64,000 bases of DNA from Balanoglossus misakiensis (GCA_040954595.2 CM082577.2:19442303-19506302); one strand, 5' to 3'. Counted from the stretch's first letter, positions 40,806 through 54,004 are shown. The notes: generated by a model not told the origin, from the letters alone. Program-made: numbers and translations.

Positions 40806-43800
40806 AATATAGCTGCAAGCAGCGATGACGGGCACAAGCTTAAGCTGAAGGTCAAAGGTCATATGTGGTCACCCAAAATTTGGGCAAACAGTTTTGACCC
40901 CCATACTAGTCCAGGTCCAACAGAAACCTGACCTCTAGCCCTATTGGTTTGTCTGAAATTAGATATGCACATAATTAATGATGTAAAGTGTAAGACTCCA
41001 TTAATAGTTCAATCCATCAAAACACAAATGCTGTACCTGTTCTAGATGCCGAGATATAGCAAAGTAGGTCAAATGTCACCTGAGGTCACCCTAAATTTGG
41101 GCAAAATTTTTGACCCCATACTGATCCATGTCCCACAAGAACAAAACCTCTAGCCCTATTGGTTAGCCTGGAATTACGTATGCACATAATTAATGAGATA
41201 TGCAGGTGTCACAGGTGACCCCCAATTTTAGCTTTTCAATTTTAGTCCCAACCCTCCAAACGCCAAGTCTGTGCCTGCTCTGGTTGCCAAGATATGGTAA
41301 ATTAGGTCAAAGGTCACCTGAGGTCATGCAAAATTTGGGCAAGAAATTTTGACCCTATACTGGTCCATGTTCAACAAAAATCAAACCTCTAACCCCATTG
41401 GTTAGCCTGGAATTAGGTATGCACATAATTAATGAGATAAGCAGGTGTCACAGGTGACCCCCAATTTTGTCTTTTCAATTTTAGTCACAACCCTCCAAAC
41501 GCCAAGTCTGTACCTGCTGTGGATGCCGAGATATAGGAAAGTAGGTCAAAGGTCACCTGAGGTCACCCAAAATTTGGGCAAGAAATTTTGACCCCATACT
41601 GGTTCATGTTCAGCAAAAATCAAACCTCTAGTCCTATTGGTTGGCCTGGAATTAGGTATGCACATAATTAATGAGATAAGCAGGTGTCACAGGTGACCCT
41701 CAATTTTGGCTTTTAAATTTTAGTCCCAACCCTCCAAACGCCAAGTCTGTACCTGCTCTGGATGCCGAGATATAGGAAAGTAGGTCAAAGGTCACCTGAG
41801 GTCACCCAAAATTTGGGCAATTTTTTTTTACCCTATACTGGTCCATGTCCCACAAGCACAAAACCTCTAGCCCTATTAGTTAGCCCAGAATTAGGTATGC
41901 ACATAATTAATGAGTTAAGCAGGTGTTACAGGTGAGCCCAAAATTTTGCCTTTTATTTTGGTCCCATTTTGCTCACGGGCCAATAGAGAGTCACAGTACA
42001 GGACCATTGCACAGATGTGGACATAGCATCATAGCTTAACTATAGAAAGTATAGGCCTATGGCTGGGTCCAAAAAATATGAAATATAATATTTAAAAATC
42101 TTCTTCTCAAAATTGACTTGGCCCAGAGCCTTGAAATTTAGCATGTAGGACACTGACCATATGGTCCGCAAAATGATTGCACAGAATTTTGATATCGTCA
42201 TTCATATGCAAATTAGGCCCATTTGAAAACTTTGCCCATATATGGTCATCAGGTCATGTGACTAATTACACATTCACGAGGGTACTGCACGAGCTCTCAT
42301 AGACCTGCACCATTGTGCCAAGTTTGAGATTTGTAGGTTCAGCCGTTTTCAAGATCTACCTGAGCAAAAAAACTACACAAGAAAAAAAAAAAAATATAGC
42401 TGCAAGCAGCGATGACGGACACAAGCTTAAGCCGAAGGTCAAAGGTCATATGTGGTCGCCCAAAATTTGGGCAAAAAGTTTTGATCCCAATACTAGTCCA
42501 GGTCCAACAGAAACCAGACCTCTAGCCCTATTGGCTTGTCTGAAATTAGATATGCGCATAATGAATGATGTAAAGTGTAAGACTCCATTAATAGTTCGAT
42601 CCATCCAAACACAAATGCTGTACCTGTTCTGGATGCCGAGATATAGGAAAGTAGGTCAAAGGTCACCTGAGGCCACCCGAAAGTTGGGCAAAAATTTTTG
42701 ACCCCATACTAGTCCAGGTCCAACAAAAACCAGACCTCTAGCCCTATTGGCTCGCCTAGAATTAGATATGCACATAATTAATGAGGTAAAGTATAAGGCT
42801 CCATTAGGAGTTCCATGCCTCCAAATGCAATGCCTGTATCTGCGTGGGTTGCCGAGATATGGTAAAGTAGGTCAAAGGTCACCTGAGGTCAACCAAAATT
42901 GGGCAAGAAATTTTAACCCCATACTGGTCCATGTTCAACAAAAATCAAACCTCTAGCCCTATTGGCTAGCCTGGAATTAGGTATGCACATAATTAATGAG
43001 ATAAGCAGGTGTCACAGGTGACCCCCAATTTTGTCTTTTCAATTTTAGTCACAACCCTCCATACGCCAAGTCTGTACCTGCTGTGGATGCCAAGATATAT
43101 GAAAGTAGGTCAAAGGTCACCTGAGGTCACCCAAAATTTGGGCAAACATTTTTGATCCCATACTGGTCCATGTCCCACAAGAACAAAACCTCTAGCTGTA
43201 TTAGTTAGCCTGGAATTAGGTATGCACATAATTAATGAGTTAAGCAGGTGTTACAGGTGAGCCAAAAATTTTGCCTTTTATTGTGGTCCCATTCTGCTCA
43301 CGGGCCAATAGAGAGTCACTGTACAGGACCATTGCACAGACGTGGACATAGCGTCATAGCTTAACTATAGAAAGTATAGGCCCATGGCTGGGTCCAAAAA
43401 ATATGAAATATAATATTTAAAAATCTTCTTCTCAAAATTGACTTGGCCCAGAGCCTTGAAATTTAGCATGTAGGACACTGACCATATGGTCCGCAAAATG
43501 ATTGCACAGAATTTTGATATCGTCATTCATATGGAAATTAGGCCCATTTGAAAACTTTGCCCATATATGGTCATCAGGTCATGTGACTAATTACACATTC
43601 ACGAGGGTACTGCACGAGCTCTCATAGACCTGCACCATTGTGCCAAGTTTGAGATTTGTAGGTTCAGCCGTTTTCAAGATCTACCTGAGCAAAAAAACTA
43701 CACAAGAAAAAAAAAAAAAAAAAAAAAAAAAAGATGAAAAACCCCAGTAATACCAATAGGGCACAAGCCTGCTTGGCTTGTGCCCTAAAAAATATAGCTG

Positions 43801-46355
43801 CAAGCAGCGATGACGGGCACAAGCTTAAGCCGAAGGTCAAAGGTCATATGTGGTCACCCAAAATTTGGGCAAAAAATTTTGACCCCATACTAGTCCAGGT
43901 CCAACAAAAACAAGACCTCTAGCCCTATTGGTTCGCTATAAGGCTCCATTAGGAGTTCCATGCCTCCAAATGCCAAGGCTGTATCTGCATGGGTTGCCGA
44001 GATACAGTAAAGTAGGTCAAAGGTCACCAGAGGTCACCCAAAATTGGGCAAGAAATTTTAACCCCATACTGGTCCATGTTCAACAAAAATCAAATCTCTA
44101 GCCCTATTGGCTAGCCTGGAATTAGGTATGCACATAATTAATGAGATAAGCAGGTGTCACAGGTGACCCCCAATTTTGTCTTTTCAATTTTAGTCACAAC
44201 CCTCCAAACGCCAAGTCTGTACCTGCTGTGGATGCCGAGATATAGGAAAGTAGGTCAAAGGTCACCTGAGGTCACCCAAAATTTGGGCAAAAATTGTTGA
44301 TCCCATACTGGTCCATGTCCCACAAGAACAAAACCTCTAGCCCTAATAGTTAGCCCGGAATTAGGTATGCACATAATTAATGAGTTAAGCAGGTGTTACA
44401 GGTGAGCCCAAAATTTTGTCTTTTATTTTGGTCCCATTCAGCTCACGGGCCACTAGACTGTCACTGTACAGGACAATTGCACAGACGTGGACATAGCGTC
44501 ATAGCTTAACTATAGAAAGTATAGGCCTATGGCTGGGTCCACAGATATGACAAATAATATTTAATAATCTTCTTCTCAAAATAGACTTGGCCCACGGCCT
44601 TGACATTTGGCATGTAGGACACTGACCACATGGTCCGCAAAAATTGCTAAAAGAATTTTGATATCTCCATTCATATGCAAATTAGGCCAATTTGAAAACT
44701 TTGCCCATATATGGTCATCAGGTCACATGACTTATTAAACATTCACGAGGGTACTGCACCAGCTCTAATAGGCCTCCATCACTGTGCCAAGTTTGAGATT
44801 TGTAGGTTGAGCCGTTTTCAAGATCCTATTGGGCAAAAAAACTACACAAGAAAAAGAAGAGGATGAAATATAGCTGCAAGCAGCGATGACGGGCACAAGC
44901 TTAAGCCGAAGGTCAAAGGTCATATGTGGTCACCCAAAAATTGGGCAAAAAGTTTTGACCCCCATACTAGTGCAGGTCCAACAGAAACCAGACCTCTAGC
45001 CCTATTGGTTTGTCTGAAATTAGATATGCACATAATTAATGATGTAAAGTGTAAGACTCTATCAATAGTTCGATCCATCCAAACACAAATGCTGTACCTG
45101 TTCTGGATGCCGAGATATAGGAAAGTAGGTTAAAGGTCACCTGAGGCCATCCGAAAGTTTAGCAAAAATTTTTGACCCCATACCAGTCCAGGTCCAACAA
45201 AAATCAGGCCTCTAACCCTATTGGTTCGCCTAGAATTAGATATGCACATAATTAATGAGGTAAAGTATAAGGCTCCATTAGGAGTTCCATGCCTCCAAAT
45301 GCCAAGGCTGTATCTGCGCTGGTTGCCGAGATATGGTAAAGTAGGTCAAAGGTCACCTGAGGTCATCCAAAATTGGGCAAGAAATTTTAACCCCATACTG
45401 GTCCATGTCCCATAAGAACAAAACCTCTAGCCCTATTAGTTATCCCTGACTTAGGTATGCACATAAATAATGAGATAAGCAGGTGTCACAGGTGACCCCC
45501 AATTTTGGCTTTTCAATTTTAGTCCCAACCCTCCAAACGCCAAGTCTGTACCTGCTCTGAATGCAGAGATATAGGAAAGTAGGTCAAAGGTCACCTGAGG
45601 TCACCCAAAATTTGGGCAAAAATGTTTGATCCCATACTGGTCCATGTCCCACAAGAACAAAACCTCTAGCCATATTAGTTAGCCTGGAATTAGGTATGCA
45701 CATAATTAATGAGTTAAGCAGGTGTTACAGGTGAGCCCAAAATTTTGTCTTTTATTGTAGTCCCATTCTGCTCACGGGCCAATAGAGAGTCACTGTACAG
45801 GACCATTGCACAGCCGACGTGGACATAGCGTCATAGCTTATCTATAGAAAATATACGCCTATGGCCAGGTATAAAAATATGAAAAATAAAAAATCTTCTT
45901 CTCAAAATAGACTTGGCCCACGGCCTTGACATTTGGCATGTAGGACACTGACCACATGGTCTGCAAAAATCGCTAAAAGAATTTTGATATCTCCATTCAT
46001 ATGCAAATTAGGCCCATTTGAAAACTTTGCCCATATATGGTCATCAGGTCACGTGACTAATTAAACATTCACAGGGATACTGCACCAGCTCTCATAGGCC
46101 TGCACCATTGTGCCAAGTTTGAGATTTGTAGGTTCAACCGTTTTCAAGATCTACCTGAGCAAAAAAACTACACAAGAAAAAAAAAAAAAAAAAAAAAAAG
46201 ATGAAAAACCCCAGTAATACCAATAGGGCACAAGCCTGCTTGGCTTGTGCCCTAAAAACCCCAGTAATACCAATAGGGCACAAGCCTGCTTGGCTTGTGC
46301 CCTAAAAAAACCCAGTAATACCAATAGGGCACAAGCCTGCTTGGCTTGTGCCCTA
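40806..46355 (-). mobile_element. Head-to-tail tetramer of Helentron-like non-autonomous element (HINE family 1) with ~240-bp internal tandem repeats
   Basis: Units start at ~40806, 42392, 43790, 44866 with hairpin GCTGCAAGCAGC + subTIR GGGCACAAGC; far end has hairpin AGGGCACAAGCC...GGCTTGTGCCCT, triplicated at 46209-46355. Confidence 0.85.
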
Positions 46356-46877
46356 AAAAGATTTGCGTGTACCATAATTCCCCCAGTCCCTGGAATTCAA
46401 ACGCTTTTATTGTCAGTCCTGTTTCACTTCGGCAATCGGCAAATGTTCTGTTTCTCCCAAAACATGTCGATCAACTCTCGACTTATTCTCCCCACTCATG
46501 GACTGTTTCGAAACCTTGCAAACAAAGTGTCAAAGTTCACATATCAACTTTGCCCAAGGTCTTCAAAAATGGTTTTGTCATGACAGGAAATAAAGCAGCA
46601 GTTGTTTTTTCAGCACTGTTTTACACTTTTGGCGTAAGATATGCACCGATAAACGGTTACATAACATTTACGATGCACACAGTATTTGCAGAGAGTAAAC
46701 ACTGGCATAGCACCGGTGTCAAAACATACAGTGAGAACAATACTTTAGTTTTCATATTACAGATCACAACTCAATCGTATGTTAAACATGGTGGGGAAAA
46801 TAATCAGGACTACTGGAAAGTAGCGTCTTCCCTTATGACAAATTACTACATACATGAACCTGTAACTAGACACTTAC

Positions 46878-47013
46878 CTTATCATGTGCTTTCTCAGTTA
46901 ACTTCACTTGTAGAGCCACAACCTGACTATCTTCAGATTGTACAGCTGTTGGTAGGTTCCATACTTTGAGTGTGTTGTCTTGACTACCACTTACAATAAA
47001 CTTTGGTGACAGC
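46878..47013 (-). CDS. TBL3: TBL3 exon (LSPKFIVSGSQDNTLKVWNLP...TEKAHDK)
   Basis: WD repeat matching FLVTGSQDCTVKLWPLP...RCHDK; CAG/GTAAGT boundaries. Confidence 0.94.
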
Positions 47014-47087
47014 CTGGTGAAAATGACATAATTATCCAAAAAGGAATCTGTTATTCTTCCAAGCACTGATTGCTTCAGACAAACCAA

Positions 47088-47325
47088 AAAATCGCGTCGA
47101 GGACACTGTGGTCCCATCTGGGGATCACACAAGAAAAAGTCTACACCAGAGTACATATACAGACAGTCAGACAGACACACACACACATAGAGAGAGATCA
47201 ACGGGCAAACACTGACTGACCCATAAGCTGCCAATGGCATGTGTGCTGTACATACACCAAATAGAACATCTGGTCTCTTTAACAGTTAGCCAGTTATGTA
47301 AACATGCAGGAATTTGCTCTGTGTA
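47088..47325 (-). mobile_element. HINE-like family 4 partial copy
   Basis: Homologous to 15079-15242 plus 16444-16515. Confidence 0.7.
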
Positions 47326-48147
47326 CAACTTCCCCAATGACAAAGAACTATGTACTGGTAAATTCTCTTCTAGAGATAAAAAAATTTATGGTATAAGACA
47401 AAATATCCTACAAAATATAAACATCCTGAATTACCTATGGTTTGATTCCATTATAATTCTAAAGAAGCCCCTCCTATTAACTTTGACTTACACCTCAACT
47501 TTAAAGTAATCAGCCATATAATTTATGAGAAATATAATTTTTTATCAAAATTAGAAAATATGCCCCAAAATACAAGATATTGCCCCCACAAAACATTGAC
47601 ACTTTAATCATAGGTTTTGTAAATCATCATGAGAACACACCCAGGAACCTTCAAATTGAATTTCAAAGCAATGGGGGTAGAGGGATCTTAGAAAGAGTTT
47701 TGACCAAAAATGCATTTATGTAGAGGTGCCTCAGAAGGCTATCTGCGACCGAAAGTGCGAGTCGCACTTTTGTGGCAAGTCACTATCTGCGACTGTCTAT
47801 AATGGTACAGGCCTCGAACTTTACTTTATGGCTCACCTGCCTAATGGGCAGGTACACTAAACAATTTACCTGCCCAACAATTGTTTTACCTGCCCACGCC
47901 AAGTTCACACATTTTTCAGTGCAGATCGTCATTTACATGTGACCTTCTGCCAAGGGCTCTAGTAACCGCTTTAAATTTAGTATTAAAATTTGGCCCCACA
48001 CACATAAATGGCCCACCACAAATATATTCTGTATTTTCCCCAGGATGACCAAATTCAGAATTTCAGTTTCAGATCTATAATTCTTAGAAAATGATTACTG
48101 ATTAGTTCAAAAACATCCTAAGACAGCTCAGTACAAAAGATGACACA

Positions 48148-48966
48148 TTCAGTGAATGAGACAACAAAACACGCAGTAGCCAATATGGCAATGTTCGCCT
48201 GTACGCACCAAAAATGTTCGCGATTGAAGACAAATCCATCTGTCCCGTCGAAACATACAAAATATACAGAGCTCATCGCCCAGATGACATGTGTGAAGTT
48301 TATTGTCCATTCTACCTGGCCATAAATTATAATCCGACCACCGAAATATGGTACAAACGACAACCAATGGGTAAAAACAAGTTGGAAAGCATCGTGAAGA
48401 CGATCACTGAACGGGCAGGAATCAAGGGCCGAAAAACTAACCACAGCGCACGCAAGACCGCGATCCAGAAGCTGAGTGAGCACGGCATTGCCCCCTCCCA
48501 AATCATGCAGCTTTCCGGTCATAGAAACGTCCAATCTATAAATTCGTACGCGGTGAACTCTTTGCAGCAGCAAGAAGTGATGTCAGACATATTGACCGGA
48601 GCTGAGGGCGGGAGTCAACTTGTACCACGCCGGGGCCAACCGTTCACTGCTGCCAGGCCACCCTCTCTATCCATATCGGACAACAACATCAAGGTCGACC
48701 CAACAACGAATTCCCTAACTTCTGTGGCAGGCAGGATGTTTTCTGGTGCCTCTCTGACAAACTGCAAGTTAAACGTCACGCTAAACATTGCCGGGGTGTC
48801 AAGCAGCACAGCCTGCATTCAACACGTCGAGCCCCGGAGAAAGCGACGGCCGTTCGTTATTTCAGATAGCAGTGACGACACCTCTCCAGACGTAAAACGT
48901 AGGCGAAATGCCATTGTATTACGATCCAATGCCCCAAGTGACGACAGTTCACAGGATTTCCAGTAA
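48148..48966 (+). pseudogene. Crypton-type tyrosine recombinase (DUF3504/ZMYM-KCTD1-like), C-terminal part
   Basis: KTR...PKMFA...CPV..YK.Y...RP...PFYLAIN...WYK.QPMGKNKL...TNHSARKT...LSGHRNVQSINSY; in-frame TGA at 48157-48159. Confidence 0.88.
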
Positions 48967-49304
48967 AATTTGACATTGATGAACTCTTGTTCAAGTTGTT
49001 GTTTTGAATATTTCAGCTGAATGAAGTATTATAAAAAATTTCGGTTTCCATGCGGCAACTTCATCTTTGATAAAATTTGCATTAAGATTTCAAACTGACA
49101 CGTCTTCAATATAAATATTAAACAATCCTTTTATTGCTAAGTATTTCACAAATTTAAAATTAATATGTTACTTGCAATTTTTTTCCGAACAGAAAATATT
49201 CAGTTATTGCAAATAAGCCAATACTAGTAACTTTTGTTGTTTTCTGAATTCGTCGTGTTATCAGTGTTTTCATGCGTATTTACCTACCATAATTCCCCCG
49301 TATT

Positions 49305-49422
49305 TCGAACGAGTGTGTCTGCGTCGCGGACGAGTGATTCCCCGTATAGTGGCCGTATCCGCAGGCGAAGAGGGAAGCTATACGGGGAATCACGAGTTCG
49401 CGACGCAGACTCACGAGTGAGA
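49305..49422. repeat. Long palindrome downstream of the Crypton YR (probable element terminus)
   Basis: GTCTGCGTCGCGGAC-GAGTGATTCCCCGTATAG ... CTATACGGGGAATCAC-GAGTTCGCGACGCAGAC. Confidence 0.75.
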
Positions 49423-49467
49423 AGATAAATGAATGCCCAAAGTGTGAATGAAGCTTCAAGTATTTAA

Positions 49468-51792
49468 TTAAAGCTGCAAGCAGCATTGTCCGGGCCCAAG
49501 CTCTATTATCTGATCTGATGCTAATATAGTGTTAAGTAGGTCAAAAGTCACCCGAGGTCACCCAACATTTGGGCAAAATATTTTGACCTCATACTGGTCC
49601 ATGTATAACAAAAACAAAACCTCTAGGTCTATTGGTTCATCTGTAATTAGGTATATGCATATTTAATGAGGTCACCAGAGGTCAAAGGGGTCATGAAAAG
49701 TAGCAAAATTTTTTGATCACATACAAATCCACATACATCAAAAACCAAACTTATAGCCCTATTGGTTAGCCTGGAATTAGATATGCAGAAAAATGATTCG
49801 TCAAAAGTAGGTCAAAGGTCATTGCCAAAATTACCAAAATATTTATAGGTTATTCTTGTCATATGATGATTCATATCCATAAAAAGAATTTCTGTGCTAT
49901 AAATTTTTAGGCTAGAAAAGGAATTTTTACTTTTTAATCGTTTTTCACAAAATCCAATATGGCCGCCATAATCTTCGACCAATCACATTCCCCTTCGCAA
50001 ACTTGATAGACATCCGATTAATGACCACACACACCAAATCTTGTGACTCGGTTATCGCCCGTTCTGGAGAAGAAGATTTTTGAAGTTTTACTATGGTGGT
50101 TTTTCGAAAATCCAATATGGCCGCCATAATCTTCAACCAATCACAATGATCTTCGCAAACTTGATAGACATCAGTTAGGTGACCATATACCCCAAACGGC
50201 GTGACTCGGTTATCGCCGGTTCTGGAGAAGAAGATTTTTGAAATTTTGACCAGATTTCAGAAAAACAACTGTAGCAAAAAAACTGCAACATTGACAGCAA
50301 AATATCCAATTACAAAAATGATGGGCAGAGGGTATACTACCAGCACGCCAAATCTGAAGTTGATCTGACTTGTAGTTTCTGAGATCTGAGATTTGCATTT
50401 TTTCAGAAAATCCAATATGGCCGCCATGTCACGTGACTAATTAAGTATTCACAAGTCACTGCACATCTACTCATTGACCTTGACCACTGTAGCAAGTTTG
50501 AGAACTGTACCTGCAGCGGTGTCTGAGATCTAGAGCGCGAAAGAAATGAACCAAGAATAAAGAAAGAAAGAAAGATTAAAGCTGCAAGCAGCATTGTCCG
50601 GGCCCAAGCTCTATTATCTGATCTGATGCTAATATAGTGTTAAGTAGGTCAAAGGTCACCCGAGGTCACCCAACATTTGGGCAAAATATTTTGACCCCAT
50701 ACTGGTCCATGTATAACAAAAACAAAACCTCTAGGTCTATTGGTTCATCATTAATTAGGTATGCGCATATTTAATGAGGTCACCAGAGGTCAAAGGGGTC
50801 ATGAAAAGTAGCAAAATGTTTTGATCACATACAAATCCACATACATCAAAAACCAAACTTATAGCCCTATTGGTTAGCCTGGAATTAGATATGCAGAAAA
50901 ATGATGCATCAAAAGTAGGTCAAAGGTCATTGCCAAAATTACCAAAATATTTATAGCTTATTCTTGTCATATGATGATTCATATCCATAAAAAGAATTTC
51001 TGTGCTATCAATTTTTAGGCTAGAAAGGGAATTTTTACTTTTTAATCGTTTTTCACAAAATCCAATATGGCCGCCATAATCTTCGACCAATCACATTCCT
51101 CTTTGCAAACTTGATAGACATCTGTTTAATGAACACACACACCAAATCTTGTGACTCGGTTATCGCCGGTTCTTGAGTAGAAGATTTTTCAAATTTTACT
51201 AGGGTTTTTCGAAAATCCAATATGGCCGCCATAATCTTGGACCAATCACAATGATCTTCGCAAACTTGATAGACATCAGTTAGGTGACCACATAACCCAA
51301 ACCCCGTGTCTCGGTTATCACCTGTTCTGGAGAAGAAGATTTTTGAAATTTAGGCCAGATTTCAGAAAAACAACTGTAGCAAAAAAACTGCAACTTTGTC
51401 AGCATAATTTCCAATTACAAAAATGATGGGCAGAAGGTAGTCTACCAGCATGCCAAATTTGAAGTCGATCTGACTTGTAGTTTCTGAGATCTGAGATTTG
51501 CATTTTTTCAGAAAATCCAAGATGGCCGCCATGTCACGTGACTAATTAAGTATTCACAAGTCACTGCACATCTACTCATTGACCTTGATCACTGTAGCTA
51601 GTTTGAGAACTGTACCTGCAGCGGTGTCTGAGATCTAGAGCGATAAAGAATGGAACCAAGAATAAAGAAAGAAAGAAAGACAGAAAAACCCCAGCGAAAC
51701 CAATACGGGCCCAAGCCTGGCTTGGCTTGGGCCCGTAAAAAACCCCAACGAAACCAATACGGGCCCAAGCCTGGCTTGGCTTGGGCCCGTAA
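49468..51792 (-). mobile_element. Tandem dimer of HINE family 2 (subTIR GGGCCCAAGC)
   Basis: Near-identical ~1.1-kb units at 49468 and 50576; terminal hairpin ACGGGCCCAAGCC...GGCTTGGGCCCGT duplicated at 51701-51792. Confidence 0.85.
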
Positions 51793-51903
51793 AAATGCAA
51801 CTTTCAAAGCAACTTCATATACTGTTCCATATACACTACATGTGTGTACTTAGTCTGTGCTCATATGATTTATGAGACAGAGTCAGTGTTAGTGTTGTCT
51901 CAC

Positions 51904-52010
51904 CTGGAAATGGCAACTGTACCGACAGCATGAGTATGTCCATATCCCCTGGCTATGCAGTGTACTTGACCATTCAGGCAATTCATTCTCCATAATCTAA
52001 TTGTATTATC
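51904..52010 (-). CDS. TBL3: TBL3 exon (DNTIRLWRMNCLNGQVHCIARGYGHTHAVGTVAISR)
   Basis: Manual translation; matches DQSVRIWRMNKAGQVMCVAQGSGHTHSVGTVCCSR; TAG/GTGAG boundaries. Confidence 0.94.
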
Positions 52011-52163
52011 CTACACACAATTACAAACATATAAAATAGATTTAGAGAGACAGGAAATGCTTAATTCACATTTGCATTTTACATAATACAAGTGAAACAA
52101 GACAGTCCTAATGGGAGCTATTTGTCAAGGATCTCCATGCATGTAAACAAGTCACTGTCAAAG

Positions 52164-53084
52164 CATAGACCCTAGAGAAAGAAGGACGCGCAACTGCGGC
52201 AAAGATCAAAGGGTTTAGGGATTATCGGTATGATGATGTTCTTTTGCATATAATTAACACCTAGGATGGTGGCACGCGTGAATCTCCACTTTGGCACGCA
52301 TCGATGTCATTAGCATATCATTAACATATCACCAAAAAAATAAACGCAACTCTGTGATGCGCGACAGTAACCAAAACTGGCACTCCTATATTTCAGCAGC
52401 CACTGCGTTTTTATCTAAAATTCAAAATGTATTACGTTTTCTGTGCTATTTATTATGGTTTGGTGTTCGTCTGTCGGTTGAACGGTCATTTCTAGTGCCA
52501 CAGGCTTCATTTAAAAATTGTAAACAAATCATCCATGTTTTTTGCATGTCCGACTGGGCACTCATACTTCTTGGTAATGTTGACACTTTTCGTAATAATT
52601 TTATGTTTGCGTGAAGCATTGAAACAAAAATTGTGGTTTAGGGGCATTTTATTTCGCAGTGCGTGAAAAATGAAACAGATTTCACGAAAACAATTTGTAA
52701 ACAAACTTTGTGGATTTTCACGTGTGCGCTATGGCCGTCATCTTGGTTTTTCATGGTTGACGACGACAGGAAACCCTAGGTACGGTTAGCTCACAGCCTT
52801 GTCAAATACCAGGACTGTTAGACAAAAGATGCTTGTTTTGGACGCTGTCAGACTCAGAAGTGCTAAATTCGTGTTTAACTTGTCCAGATGTGTTCCATAA
52901 ATGATCGCTGCAATTCAACCACGTTGCAGGTTTCTCGTCTTTTCTCGCAAAACGCGAGACTTAGTTTATACATAGTTTATTTGCAAATTGGATTATTGGG
53001 GATTATCCGAAAATAATGTATGCAAAAGAACATCGTTTCAAGAAAAACCTGGAGTTGCGCGTCCTTCTTTCTCTAGGGTCTATG
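52164..53084. mobile_element. P-superfamily-like non-autonomous element
   Basis: 31-bp TIR CATAGACCCTAGAGAAAGAAGGACGCGCAAC; 7-bp TSD GTCAAAG. Confidence 0.85.
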
Positions 53085-53294
53085 GTCAAAGGCATTCAAG
53101 TAGTCTATACTCAATCAATATCTGGCAGACATGACATAGCTTGCCAAATTACACAATGCCTGCAACTTAGATAAACACTGATATCATACGGCATGCTACA
53201 CATTACTTTCAGATTTTGATATTTCATAGTACATTCAAGCAATTCTAACAAAATAATTGCACATCAATACGTACATTTAAGAATAAAGAAAATA

Positions 53295-54004
53295 CTGTAA
53301 ACCAGGAAATTTTGCGAGAGTGAAAAAACGAGAAAATAATAAGTCGCAAAAAAATAGTCATGAAACTGTGACCATGTGTGATTTACATCATGAAATTAAC
53401 AAACCCACTCGGCTCTATTCACACTCTGGCAAACAGACAAACACACACACATTAAATTGGCTGCCATTTATAGGGACAAAGTCTCACTCTCGCTGCCCTT
53501 TTTCCATTAATTAAGTTCGATACAAGATACTGCTTATGTTAATGTGTGTGGATATATAGTGGATATATAGTGAATCAACATTCAACGAAACACACCCTCC
53601 ATCCCGCTTGCAGACACGAGAGTTAAAAACTCGCCACAATGAATAATCGGCCTTTACCATTTATTCATTTTGGGCGAGTTTCTACTCGCATATCATACAA
53701 GCGAGATGGAAGTTGTGTGTGAATGAACGTTCATTCACTACATATACACGTGTACATTAACATAAACGATGTATTTTATCAAACATAATTAATTGAAAAA
53801 GGGCAGTGAGAGAGAGATTTTGTCTCTTTAATGATTGTGCTACACATTGTGCAATTCGTCTGAACATCATGCTTTTTGGTCAATAATAGAAGATAATGAT
53901 GCAGTTAGTGAAATACAAGAATGCGAAAAATTAATCGTCGCGCAACAGTCACCTCTTTTTACATCGCAAACAATTTCTTGTTGTGAAAAAATTCCTGTTT
54001 GCAG
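53295..54004. mobile_element. Tc1/mariner-like MITE containing a nested Kolobok-like MITE (53472-53827)
   Basis: TA-CTGTAAACCAGGAAATTTT ... AAAATTCCTGTTTGCAG-TA. Confidence 0.7.

Noticed and set aside
42315-45415. Repeated ORFs (…RKVGQRSPE…) in the satellite
   Set aside because: Translations of non-coding tandem repeats; frames and stops vary between copies
46209-46355. CRISPR-like palindromic repeats (also 51688-51792)
   Set aside because: No unique spacers and no cas genes; they are duplicated HINE termini in eukaryotic DNA
46346-46969. 207-aa plus-strand ORF
   Set aside because: No recognisable motifs; starts in a repeat and runs antisense across a TBL3 exon
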